From Candidatus Micrarchaeota archaeon (GTDB lineage Archaea > Micrarchaeota > Micrarchaeia > Anstonellales > Bilamarchaeaceae), in assembly GCA_040754495.1 (NCBI GenBank), contig JBFMCO010000031.1:1-54032 (forward strand): a DNA stretch of 54,032 nucleotides, in the 5' to 3' direction. Of the stretch, positions 36,635 through 46,141 are shown one piece after another; the stretch's first letter is position 1; every line of letters begins with the position of its first letter. The notes beneath the pieces are model-generated. The model was not told the origin of the DNA and made no database searches. It saw nothing but the letters and a program-made list of their open reading frames with translations. A program made the translations under genes and the position numbers.

Positions 36635-37600
36635 TCACACAAACCTCGATACCGCACTGACGTCCACTTCTGCCCCGGCGAGCGATGTCAGCGCCCTTAA
36701 GCTCGCCGCGAACATGAGCAGGCTTATGACCGGCCCCAGCGTCGCCCTTATCATCAGGTCGTATAGGAACTTCCGGATATTGGCCCTCATGGTGTTGTAT
36801 CCGTCTATCGCGTCGTTCTCGTTGTCCTCGTCCGTGTCGCCGGCGTTGCAGTCGAGGGATACGCCGGAGGCGGTACCCCGATACGGAGTCGAGAGCGACT
36901 CCGCCGGGTCCAGGAACGTCGCGCCCATGGACTCGTTGAACACCACGCCGAGCGGGAGCATTATGTGGAGGGACACGCCGAGGGCAATCAGCAGGCCGCC
37001 CGCCCCCCTTGTCAGCTTGAGCGTGCGGAGGACGATGCCGAGGGGCAGGATGAAATTCAGCGAGAACTCCTGCGACAGCTGGATGAGCCTTTTCATGGTG
37101 AATAGCTCGCCTATGGCGAAGCCGGTGATGCCCCCGGCCATCGAGAGGGGCGTCGCAAGCATCGTGTAGCTGCCGCACCCGCTGACCGAGTATCCCATTC
37201 CGAGGATGCTGCAGGAGCTGGCCTTCGAGCCCTGCACCGCGACGTTCTTATCGTAATCCGCTACGGTGGACATGACGAGCTGGACCTCGTTCAGGTTGTC
37301 GTCTATGCTGTCAAGCGCCGCCTCCTGGAGCGAGGCGGCCGTGGAATTGACGAATATCCCTGATACATAGTTGAGCATGGAGTCCGTGCCTGTCAGGAGC
37401 ACAACCATAAGCAGGACCGCAATCACCTGGAAGAGTTCCTCCTTGGCGACCACCTGGAGCTCGTTCGCCCCGAGGCCCGTTCCCACCATGTAGAGGACGC
37501 CGAGAACCGCGACCGAGGTCACGATTGCGACGGCGGCCACGCCCTGCCATGCCGCGAAGGCGGCCGGGACAATCAGCAGCAAGAGCAGGAGCATCCTCAT
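36635..37600 (-). CDS. Polytopic membrane protein, paralog 4 of CedA/VirB6-like array
   Basis: Signal; LYMVG..NELQVVAKEELFQ, PLGIVLRTLKLTRGAGGLLIALG..HIMLP, GPVI..LTSLAGAEVDVSAVSRFV. Confidence 0.8.
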   Translation of the reverse strand: MRMLLLLLLIVPAAFAAWQGVAAVAIVTSVAVLGVLYMVGTGLGANELQVVAKEELFQVIAVLLMVVLLTGTDSMLNYVSGIFVNSTAASLQEAALDSIDDNLNEVQLVMSTVADYDKNVAVQGSKASSCSILGMGYSVSGCGSYTMLATPLSMAGGITGFAIGELFTMKRLIQLSQEFSLNFILPLGIVLRTLKLTRGAGGLLIALGVSLHIMLPLGVVFNESMGATFLDPAESLSTPYRGTASGVSLDCNAGDTDEDNENDAIDGYNTMRANIRKFLYDLMIRATLGPVISLLMFAASLRALTSLAGAEVDVSAVSRFV

Positions 37601-39693
37601 CAGAACACCTTCGCAAGGCCCGGTATCTCTATGTCTCCTCCCAGGAGCCCGGACAATCCCTTGATGAATACCAGAGTCGCCACGATGTTGAAGAGCGGGA
37701 GCAGGTAGGCCGGTATCATCAGCTTGGCCACGTTCTGTATCTCGACCTTGCCGACCAGGCCCTCGCCCCCGATTTTCGTGTATTCGCCGGAAGACTTGAC
37801 CGGTGCGTTGTTGGTCGGCCCGCACAGCTCTGCGCACTGGGTGTTTATCGGCGGGCTGTAGACATAAGATTCCTCGGTGAAGAGGCAGCTCTCGCACGTG
37901 TTGCGCGGGATTGCCACCCTGTAGTCCTTGGAACAGGCGTCGACGGAGCATCCCCCGGTTATATAGTCGTTCGGGAGCGACGATGATACGAGGCGCTTCT
38001 CCACCGGGCAGGAGTCGCACTGGCCGGCCGGCGGGTTCAGGGAGGTTATGTCCGAGAGCCTCACTGTGCAGCTGTCATAGTTCGTGATGCACGCGATGCA
38101 TGCGCCTTTGAGAGCCGCGCCGTCCTTGCACTGCGCGGGGAGGTCGGCCGGGTCCGCGTCGGCTATCCTGCACTCGGCCGGGCACGCGTCTGTGCAGAGC
38201 TCCTGGCAGTTGCCGGTGTCAGGAATCACCCACACGCAGTTCTCCGAGGCCGTCAGGCTCGCCTGGCAGTTGGACGCCTTCACGCAATCGGCGTAATTGC
38301 TGCCCTCTATGTCCACGGTGCTCGGCCTCCAGTCCAGGTCGCTCCTCTTTGCTATCCTGCAGTCGAACCTTGACTCCAGGCACTGGCCGGTGCTGCCGTC
38401 GGTATCCTCCGTGCAGTCCGGATTCAGCGGGGGCACGACCTTGCACGAGGCCGGGCACCTGTTGTATTCCGCCAAATCAAAGCTCGGGGCCGTGGTATTC
38501 ACGAGGCGCGCCACCTTGCATTCGGCAGGAACCTGGGCGCACGCCTGCTGGACCTCCAGCACAGAGCAGTTGCCTGCTGATGGGGGGTACGGCAGCTCCC
38601 TGCACGGCACGGGGCAGTCGGCCATGCTCCCGTAGTAGCACGAGATGACGTCCTTGTTGTATGCGGGGCTCTCAGGGTTCGAGCCTGTGGCCCGGTCCAG
38701 CGTCCCGGCCAGGAGCTGCTGGACGGTCCCGGAATCGGCGTCCGTGAATGCGCCGTAGACGTCGAAGGGCGATACCAGGTTGCCGCCGTCGTAATATGCC
38801 GTGGGGGCGGCGATGGAGCATTCGTTGGGGCATAATGGCACGTCGTCGTTCATGAGCTTGTCCCCGTTCACGGCCATGTCCAGCGTGACCCAGTCGAAGA
38901 TGTACATCCCCGGGAAGAAGAACATTATGCCTGCGGCGACCGCTATCAGGAGCCCACCGATTTTCCTCGTGAAGAAGAAGGAGCGGGCGACTATCCCTAT
39001 GGCGAGGATGACCGGGCCCATCTTGAACGATATCTCGTTCACGAAGAACCGCTGGGCCTCCAGTGTCGAGAGGAGGTTCGTGTAATACTCGAAGAGGATG
39101 GCGTACATGTCCTGGTCAAGGACGTAGTGGCCCGCGACCGTGGTGCCGATTCCGGCCTGCAGGCAGATTAGCGGAAGGAAGGCGGTCGTGCAGTAGAATC
39201 CGAGCCTCTTGCCAGCGGCGCTCCCTGCGTACATGTTGGCCCTGAGGATGTCGCGCGCCCCGACTTCCGCGGTGTCCACGTAGTCGTTGAGGTACGCCAT
39301 CGTCACGTTCTGGAGGCAGCTCTGCCCCACGGTGTAGCAGGCCGGCACGAGCGTCGGGTCCAGGCCGCTCCCGATGGCCATGCCCATCACTATGGCGTCT
39401 ATGAAGGAGATGGTGGCTATGAGGACGACTATTATGAGGGCGTTCGCGACTATCTGCACCAGCTCGTTGCTGGCCCATGCCTTCACCTCGGGCATCTCCA
39501 GCCCGATGCCGACCGCATAGCCTATGCCGACGAGTATGACCGAGAGCATCAGCGACATGACGGCGAGCGCCTGCCAGTACTTGACGATTTCGAGCGGGGA
39601 GCCCCCGGTCTGCGTCTCGAACTGCTGCTCGCTCACGCTCTCCGTGGCAAGGAGAAGGCCGGAAAGCAGGACGAACGCCAGCATCAGTTTCAT
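37600..39693 (-). CDS. Polytopic membrane protein, paralog 3 of CedA/VirB6-like array, with large Cys-rich insertion
   Basis: GYAVG..PEVKAWASNELVQ, AIGIVARSFFFTRKIGGLLIAVA..MFFFP, LPLFN..FIKGLSGLLGGDIEI; ~340-aa insert with ~30 Cys. Confidence 0.82.
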   Translation of the reverse strand: MKLMLAFVLLSGLLLATESVSEQQFETQTGGSPLEIVKYWQALAVMSLMLSVILVGIGYAVGIGLEMPEVKAWASNELVQIVANALIIVVLIATISFIDAIVMGMAIGSGLDPTLVPACYTVGQSCLQNVTMAYLNDYVDTAEVGARDILRANMYAGSAAGKRLGFYCTTAFLPLICLQAGIGTTVAGHYVLDQDMYAILFEYYTNLLSTLEAQRFFVNEISFKMGPVILAIGIVARSFFFTRKIGGLLIAVAAGIMFFFPGMYIFDWVTLDMAVNGDKLMNDDVPLCPNECSIAAPTAYYDGGNLVSPFDVYGAFTDADSGTVQQLLAGTLDRATGSNPESPAYNKDVISCYYGSMADCPVPCRELPYPPSAGNCSVLEVQQACAQVPAECKVARLVNTTAPSFDLAEYNRCPASCKVVPPLNPDCTEDTDGSTGQCLESRFDCRIAKRSDLDWRPSTVDIEGSNYADCVKASNCQASLTASENCVWVIPDTGNCQELCTDACPAECRIADADPADLPAQCKDGAALKGACIACITNYDSCTVRLSDITSLNPPAGQCDSCPVEKRLVSSSLPNDYITGGCSVDACSKDYRVAIPRNTCESCLFTEESYVYSPPINTQCAELCGPTNNAPVKSSGEYTKIGGEGLVGKVEIQNVAKLMIPAYLLPLFNIVATLVFIKGLSGLLGGDIEIPGLAKVF

Positions 39694-40679
39694 CCGACCA
39701 CCCTCAGGGCCTTGTGCACAGAGCCAAGGAACGTTATCAGCACCGCTATCGTGAGGTTCGGCAGGAAAATGGCCTGCGGTATCAGGCGCGCCACGTTCCA
39801 GAATCCGTTCGGGTTGTAGCATGTGAGCAGCGGCCCCTCCGCGCAGCTGTAGCTGTCTATGGGGTCGTCGCAGACGCCGGCCGCGAAGCTGCTGCAGTCG
39901 TCCAGGACGGCGTCATACATCGCGAGGTTGAAAACGTACATGAACGGCACCACCACGTAGAGGCCGAGGGCTAGCGCTATGAGGATGTTGCCCATCTGCC
40001 GCGTCGGTATGAAGAACCTGAGCACGAAAGCGCTCGGGAGTATCCATTTGATGACGTTCTCGTTTATAAAGTCCAGCGCCAGCTTCTGCATGCTCACGCT
40101 CATGAGGGCCGGGACCAGGAACGTGTTCAGTATGATGTCGTACTGGTTCGATATCACCCTCTTGTAGGCGCCGGGGGTGGCCGTGTAGGAATTGAGCAGC
40201 GGTATGGCGAGGCTCCACGAGAACGTGGAATCCATGAGGTAGTCCAGGTAGTTCTGGATGTAGCTCTTCGAGAGCGTCGTCGCATCGTTCTTGACCGCTT
40301 TCACGTAGCACGAGGCCACGCTGTTTATGCCTGAGCCCGGGCTGTAGCAGTTCGAGGGAAGGGTGCCGAGGTTCTGGAACGTGGTGTGGTAGAAGAAATC
40401 CATGAGGTTGCATGAGAATACCAGGATGCCGCTGAAGCCCAGCAGGAGCAGGATGGAGAACCCGAAGTGGTAAGCCTCGTCCTTCGCGAAAACCACGTAG
40501 TGTGTGTTGCCGATAACGCTGCCGACCATGTAGGCGGCGGCGAGCACGACTATGGTCAGCCCTATTATGGCGCCGAGGAGCATGCCCTGTTCCGAGAACA
40601 CGATTTCCGTGGCATTGGATATGCAGGAAGCCGGGAACGCCAGGCCGGCAAGCAGCAGGACTATTATCGCGGCTCTCAT
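39690..40679 (-). CDS. Polytopic membrane protein, paralog 2 of CedA/VirB6-like array
   Basis: Signal; AYMVG..NTHYVVFAKDEAYH, PSAFVLRFFIPTRQMGNILIALA..YVVVP, LPNL..FLGSVHKAL. Confidence 0.8.
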   Translation of the reverse strand: MRAAIIVLLLAGLAFPASCISNATEIVFSEQGMLLGAIIGLTIVVLAAAYMVGSVIGNTHYVVFAKDEAYHFGFSILLLLGFSGILVFSCNLMDFFYHTTFQNLGTLPSNCYSPGSGINSVASCYVKAVKNDATTLSKSYIQNYLDYLMDSTFSWSLAIPLLNSYTATPGAYKRVISNQYDIILNTFLVPALMSVSMQKLALDFINENVIKWILPSAFVLRFFIPTRQMGNILIALALGLYVVVPFMYVFNLAMYDAVLDDCSSFAAGVCDDPIDSYSCAEGPLLTCYNPNGFWNVARLIPQAIFLPNLTIAVLITFLGSVHKALRVVG

Positions 40680-41875
40680 ATCAGCCTCTGTACCCCCGCC
40701 ATGTACCATTCGCCGCCGAGCGCGGTCGAGAGGCTTCTCGCCCCGACCACCGTCACTATCCCTATGAGTATGAAGTCAAGATACGACACCAGCACGAGGT
40801 TGTTGACCGCCTTCAGGAAGCCCATTACCTCAGTGAAAACGCCCTCGGCGTAGAAATCATACGGGCCTGCCGAATAGACCGCCTCCCAGATGATGAGCAG
40901 GACCGTGTTTACTATCTGGAAGATGAGCTGGATGAGCGGGTACACCACCTGGTGCATGAGGGGCTCCCTGCACGGGGCCTGGTAAAGGCCGGCTGTCCAT
41001 GGCGTGAGGAGGAGCGGGAGGCAGATGATGGCAGAGAATATCTGCTCGGTCACGAAGAGCAGGCTGCGCACCGGCACCGACTCGCACAATGGCTCTGCCA
41101 TCACCATGGCCCACGGGTTCGCGGAGAGCCTGCTCAGGTCCATGGTCGGATTCGGCATGGTTATCGTGCCATTCAGCGCGTCCGCGAAGATTATGGACAC
41201 CGGAAGGAAGACTATGCCCGCTATGGAGACCGCTATCAGCGTGTTGCCGAGTCTCCGCGTGAAAGGTATGAGCCGTGCGATGAACGAAAGCGGCAGCAGT
41301 ATCTTCGGCACCACTACCTTCAGGAAGACGAGGAGGAGCATGAGGCCCTCGGAGAGGAAGATGGAGTTCGTCAGGCCCTGGGCAGCCATGTTCAGGGGCC
41401 CCAGCATGATGGCTATCCCGCCCAGCGTGTTGGTCGAGTAGTTTATGGAGAAATACCAGATGGGTATGTTCAGGTACGGCGCGTACGTGGCGGCGGTCCT
41501 TATCCTGCCCGCGGCGCGTATCAGGTACTCGAAGGAGGAATCGAACGTGCCGAGCCATCCCTGGACGATGTTCTGCGCCGCGGTTATGAAGTCGCTCTCC
41601 CCGGTCAGGGCGAACGTGATGCCGTTGGAGCTGATAAGCCCGCCCGTTATTACAGCTATCAGTATGAGCGCGGCCAGGAACTCGCGCAGCTCGGTCTTCA
41701 CCCACGCATCGAACTTCGGGTCCGAAATGGAGTGCGAGAACATGTTCGCCATGCCAAGGAAAGCGCCGACCACGAGGGCCACAGCCGGGACCGCGAAGGT
41801 GAGGTCGAGGGGCTCCGCGGCGAACGAGAGGCTGGCTAGCAGCACTAGTAGGACGCCGGCTCGCCTCATCGTCAT
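40676..41875 (-). CDS. Polytopic membrane protein, paralog 1 of CedA/VirB6-like array
   Basis: Signal; ANMFS..DPKFDAWVKTELRE, PLSFIARLIPFTRRLGNTLIAVS..IVFLP, RSLSTALGGE. Confidence 0.8.
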   Translation of the reverse strand: MTMRRAGVLLVLLASLSFAAEPLDLTFAVPAVALVVGAFLGMANMFSHSISDPKFDAWVKTELREFLAALILIAVITGGLISSNGITFALTGESDFITAAQNIVQGWLGTFDSSFEYLIRAAGRIRTAATYAPYLNIPIWYFSINYSTNTLGGIAIMLGPLNMAAQGLTNSIFLSEGLMLLLVFLKVVVPKILLPLSFIARLIPFTRRLGNTLIAVSIAGIVFLPVSIIFADALNGTITMPNPTMDLSRLSANPWAMVMAEPLCESVPVRSLLFVTEQIFSAIICLPLLLTPWTAGLYQAPCREPLMHQVVYPLIQLIFQIVNTVLLIIWEAVYSAGPYDFYAEGVFTEVMGFLKAVNNLVLVSYLDFILIGIVTVVGARSLSTALGGEWYMAGVQRLI

Positions 41876-41897
41876 GCCTCTAATTCTTAGGAATGCC

Positions 41898-41903
41898 TTT
41901 AAA
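41898..41903. promoter_or_regulatory. Bidirectional TATA box for the paralog operon and the divergent giant membrane protein
   Basis: Palindromic TTTAAA is exactly 23 nt from ATG 41875 (-) and from ATG 41926 (+); purine-rich BRE-like GAAAACG on the minus side. Confidence 0.65.
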
Positions 41904-41925
41904 CGTTTTCTATGGAAGCTATATC

Positions 41926-44900
41926 ATGAGAGCCCTCGTCTTGCTGCTCCTGCTTGTCCCGGCCGTCCTGGCAGTCGAAGAGTGCATCTCCTGCGAGGAG
42001 ATGCAGGGCACGCCGCCGGCGCGCATCCTCAACATCCTCGACAGCTCGAACCAGACGATAGAGATTATCGCCTATTACGAGAACTACAGCGCGACGCCTT
42101 CGCGCCAGTACATCAACGATTCCATCATAATAATACACATGACGAACGCCACCGGCCTGGACCAGCTCTACAAGACCTACACGAATGCGGAGGGCAAGGC
42201 GTACTTCGATTTCGGCTCGTGGAAGGACGGCTGCGCTAACTTCAAGATACTCTACTGCCCCTTCTGCGCGCCCGGCTCACCGGCATGCGGCTTCAAGGCG
42301 TGCCTTGATTACGCGCAGATAAACACGACCGCGACCAGCGCGGACGATATCACGGCCGGTCCGGGCGGCAACCCGGTTCCCTCTCCGATAAATCCCGCGC
42401 GCTACCTGGCAACCGTGGACCAGGCATCGTACTGCCCGCCCCCGCCGTCGCTCGGCGAGACTCCGGGCCTCTGCCTTCCCCTCCTGATAATCTTCTCCCT
42501 GCTCTCCGGGGCCCTCTACCTGACAGGCAGAAACCCGTTCGCGGCATTCAACATCGGGGGCGCGCGCATAGGCCGGCACATCCGCTACCAGGCGAGGGGC
42601 AGGGGCTTTGCCATGGACCTGAAGGCGATTGCAATGTCCATCCGCAGCGCGGCCGGGGAGATGGAGGCAGCGACGGACGAGAAGGGCAACGTCGTGAAGG
42701 ACGAGAAGGGCAACGTGGTCAGGAAGGGTTCGCTCTCAGAGCCGAAATGGTTCCTATTCTCAAACATCCGCGACCTTGGGGACGTAATCGGGGGAACGCG
42801 GGGCGGCGTCACTGAAGTGAGGACCGCGGACCTCAAGACCGTCCAGCTTGCCGGCGGAAGAAGGGCAAGGCCTGGCATTTCCAAGGCGTTCAGCGAGGCC
42901 GGGAGGCAGGCGCGCGGCGGCTACGTCCGCGTTTTCGGCGCCGAGCAGAGGGACAAGGAAGGGAAGGTCACAGGAAGGGAATTCGGGGCGGGGAGGGTGA
43001 TGTCGGAATGGGGCACCGAGCTTCTCCACGGCCTCGGAAGGATTGTGGCGACGGCCTGGGACAGCACGTGGCTCTCATATCTTACTACGCTCAACGCGGG
43101 AAGCGCTCTGGAGCGCTCCATAACCGGCACGGAAAGGCAGACGAGGGCGGCGTTCCTTGCCGATGTTGAAATCATGACCGACCGCTACGGCCGCGACGTC
43201 CGGGACATGGGCGTGCGCATGCGCGAGACGACGGTCGACACCGACGGTTCCCTTACCGGAAGGGCAGGAGCGAGGTACCTTGACCTTGGCGAAATAACTT
43301 CTGCCGACGGGACGCGGGGCAGGGCGATAGTCGTCGAGTTGCCGGCGGTAGGCGAGAACGGGCAGTGGTCGGCCACGGTTTCGGTCGTCGTGGGGACCGG
43401 GGCCGAGCGCAGGGTGACGAATTATAGCTTCGAGAACGGCCGCGTGAGCGGCGTCGAGCAGCTCATGAACGTCGGCACTCGGAACCAGGTGGGCATGAGC
43501 TTCAGGGTGGGCGAAGGGGGGACGGTCGTTGCCTCGGGCCTTGTAACCTACGGGGCGGATGGAGCGCGCTCGGTAATGGAAGTCCATCGCGACGCGGAGG
43601 GCCGCATCGACCGGGTGGGCAACAACATCGTCTTACAAAGGAACGAGAGGGGCGAGGTAACAGGCGTATTCGATTCCGCCCAGGCCGGCCAGAGGGGCCA
43701 GCCGGGCCTTGCGCTCCAGCAGGGAAATGCGACCTATGACGCGGTCAATGCACTCATCAACAGCGACGGCCGGAACATCAACTCGATAGCCGGCGTCTTC
43801 GCGCTGAACGACGCGAACATGCGCGACCTAACAAGGAACACGATGAACACCCTGAACTCGCAGTGCGAGCGAACGCGGCAGGTGTACATGGACCAGTTCG
43901 GCCTCGTTCAGGTGGCGGAATCAAGCCTCCTAGGGACAATGGATGAGAACGGCCGCGTGAGGGCGCCGGATGCCGGCTCTTATGATGCCAACATCCGGGT
44001 TGTCGATTCCAGCTATACTCCTTCCGGAGAATCAAGGGAGCGGGGGCTTGCCGCTGGAACGACGATAACCGTGCAGGACGGCCAGTACCAGCGCGTGACC
44101 GGGGCAAACGGCGCTGATATCCCCCTCACGACCCGGACGATCCAAGGCGATGTGGTCGAGACCAGGATAGGGAACACGAGCGTCGTCCTCAACTCCGGAT
44201 ACAGGGAGAACCGCGACGCCGGCGGCGTCCGGGAGCACATGGGCGGCGTGAGCGAGGCCGCGGCCAACGTGATGCAGAGTTACTACTCATACCAGCCCCA
44301 TCTCCAGGAATCCGCTGGTCGCGCTTTCCTGGATGCAAATCCGGCTGTGCGGGAAGCAATGACGGCCGTTGCGCAGCAGAGGGCGCAGGCTACTGAAAGG
44401 TTCGAGGCCGCGCTCGACGCGCGCGGGGTGAGCGGCGGCACCCGCGAGGCGGCCACGGCGCTGTTCTCCTCCGTAACCTTGGGCGGTCAGGAGCTGAGGC
44501 TGTCCGGTGAAATCGAGCTTGCCGAGAGGCAATTCCAGAGGGCGAGCGCGAGGGGGGCGGAGGGCATTGCCGGCCTGAGCCTCCGCGGCCAGGCTTATGC
44601 TGCCGTCCTGTTGTCCGGCGTCCCGCCAGACTCTCCGGAAGGGCAGAGGCTGATGCAGCCCCGGCTGGAGGAAATCGGAAGGCGCGAATACGCGGCCCTT
44701 CAGCAGGCCAATTCTCCGGACCCCGCGACACGCGCACAGGGAGAGCAGGCGCTCCGTGACATGGGGTACCGGCCAAGGGAAGGGCAGAGCATGGTTGATA
44801 CCGTGGTCGCCTACCGCGTCCGGGCCGATGAAGTCGGGCAGAGGCTCGTCATCCAGGAGCGCGTCGATGCGCAGGTCGGCGCCGCGATGGCCGGACGGCC

Positions 44901-46137
44901 GGGACTGCTCGTCCCGGGAAGCGTGCTCGGCGACCCCGAATCCGGCCCGCTGGCATCCAAGGCCGCCACCGCAGTGCTCGGCCTTGGCACATCCCTTATC
45001 GGAATGCCGGAGGCCGAGGTCCGCGAGCGCATCGCGCAGCGCGTGGCTGCCGAGCCTTCGATACGGCCTGAAGACCGCCAGCGCGTCGTCGAGATGGCGA
45101 CAGAGTATATTCCAAGGGCGACTGAAGTGGCGAGAGATTACTCTGAAGCGGCCCGGGTGGTGACATCCGAGGTCAGTTCAAGGACGTACGTCTACGCACC
45201 GCACGATGCCGATATGGCGCTGGCAAGGGCCGCAGGCTCCATGACCGTCGGCCCGGGCGGGCCTCCTCCGGAGGGCAGCGACGAGCAGCGGCGCATCCTA
45301 GCCCAAGGCAACCAGTTCCTGCTCGATGCCAGCCGCACGCTCACCCGCCTCGGGCCCGATGCATCGGCCGAGGACCAGAACAGGGCAATGGGCGGCCTCC
45401 TCATGAATTATGCCAGCCAGTACGCCGCCCAGCTCACGCCGCAGCCCATGCCACAGGCCGGCACGCCGCAGGCGCAGGACTTCCAGCAGAGGAGCGGCGT
45501 CGCCATCGATTCGCCGGATGCAGCCTCCAGATGGGCAGCAGCCGAGCAGCAGCGCATCCTGGAAGCCAGCAGGACGCCGCCTTACGGCATGAGCGACGTC
45601 CAGGCATTCCTTGCGCTCGCGGCCGGAGGGCCTAACATGAACCAGGCGGAAGCACTCGCAAGAGGCGGCATGCAGACCGTATCCATGGGCCCAGTGGACC
45701 CGGCACATCCGCCTCAGCCGGTCGCATCGCTCAACCCCGCGGCGGTCACAGGCTTCGTGGTGAGTACGGATGCCGCGGTGGCCGCTGCGCGGGAGCAGGG
45801 CTGGAGGATGCCCGATGAGGTCTTCCAGTCCGGAATCCGGGGCATGGCCGCTTACCATCGCGGCGATGATGCGTATGCCCAGCAGGAGCTCACAAGGACC
45901 GCAGTCCTCACGAGTGTCTTTTCAGACGAGCGCGTGAGGGACGAGGAGAGGTACCGGGAAATGCGAAGGTACGGCGGCGAAGATGTCGGTCCATCTGACG
46001 AGTTCATGGAAAGGTACCGTGCGGCGCGGAGGTCTGCCCGCGAAGCGACGGGCATCGACATCGGCGAATACAGCCGTACGCCGCGTGCGCCTTCGCCCCC
46101 GCCCGCTGAAGGCCGGCAGCCCCGCGGGAGCACCTGA
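41926..46137 (+). CDS. Giant single-pass membrane protein (~1400 aa): signal peptide, Cys-rich ectodomain, TM, long A/G/R/E-rich tail
   Basis: MRALVLLLLLVPAVLA signal; Cys-containing ~165-aa region; TM LCLPLLIIFSLLSGALYL; uninterrupted ORF. Confidence 0.85.
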   Translation: MRALVLLLLLVPAVLAVEECISCEEMQGTPPARILNILDSSNQTIEIIAYYENYSATPSRQYINDSIIIIHMTNATGLDQLYKTYTNAEGKAYFDFGSWKDGCANFKILYCPFCAPGSPACGFKACLDYAQINTTATSADDITAGPGGNPVPSPINPARYLATVDQASYCPPPPSLGETPGLCLPLLIIFSLLSGALYLTGRNPFAAFNIGGARIGRHIRYQARGRGFAMDLKAIAMSIRSAAGEMEAATDEKGNVVKDEKGNVVRKGSLSEPKWFLFSNIRDLGDVIGGTRGGVTEVRTADLKTVQLAGGRRARPGISKAFSEAGRQARGGYVRVFGAEQRDKEGKVTGREFGAGRVMSEWGTELLHGLGRIVATAWDSTWLSYLTTLNAGSALERSITGTERQTRAAFLADVEIMTDRYGRDVRDMGVRMRETTVDTDGSLTGRAGARYLDLGEITSADGTRGRAIVVELPAVGENGQWSATVSVVVGTGAERRVTNYSFENGRVSGVEQLMNVGTRNQVGMSFRVGEGGTVVASGLVTYGADGARSVMEVHRDAEGRIDRVGNNIVLQRNERGEVTGVFDSAQAGQRGQPGLALQQGNATYDAVNALINSDGRNINSIAGVFALNDANMRDLTRNTMNTLNSQCERTRQVYMDQFGLVQVAESSLLGTMDENGRVRAPDAGSYDANIRVVDSSYTPSGESRERGLAAGTTITVQDGQYQRVTGANGADIPLTTRTIQGDVVETRIGNTSVVLNSGYRENRDAGGVREHMGGVSEAAANVMQSYYSYQPHLQESAGRAFLDANPAVREAMTAVAQQRAQATERFEAALDARGVSGGTREAATALFSSVTLGGQELRLSGEIELAERQFQRASARGAEGIAGLSLRGQAYAAVLLSGVPPDSPEGQRLMQPRLEEIGRREYAALQQANSPDPATRAQGEQALRDMGYRPREGQSMVDTVVAYRVRADEVGQRLVIQERVDAQVGAAMAGRPGLLVPGSVLGDPESGPLASKAATAVLGLGTSLIGMPEAEVRERIAQRVAAEPSIRPEDRQRVVEMATEYIPRATEVARDYSEAARVVTSEVSSRTYVYAPHDADMALARAAGSMTVGPGGPPPEGSDEQRRILAQGNQFLLDASRTLTRLGPDASAEDQNRAMGGLLMNYASQYAAQLTPQPMPQAGTPQAQDFQQRSGVAIDSPDAASRWAAAEQQRILEASRTPPYGMSDVQAFLALAAGGPNMNQAEALARGGMQTVSMGPVDPAHPPQPVASLNPAAVTGFVVSTDAAVAAAREQGWRMPDEVFQSGIRGMAAYHRGDDAYAQQELTRTAVLTSVFSDERVRDEERYREMRRYGGEDVGPSDEFMERYRAARRSAREATGIDIGEYSRTPRAPSPPPAEGRQPRGST

Positions 46138-46141
46138 TGCG

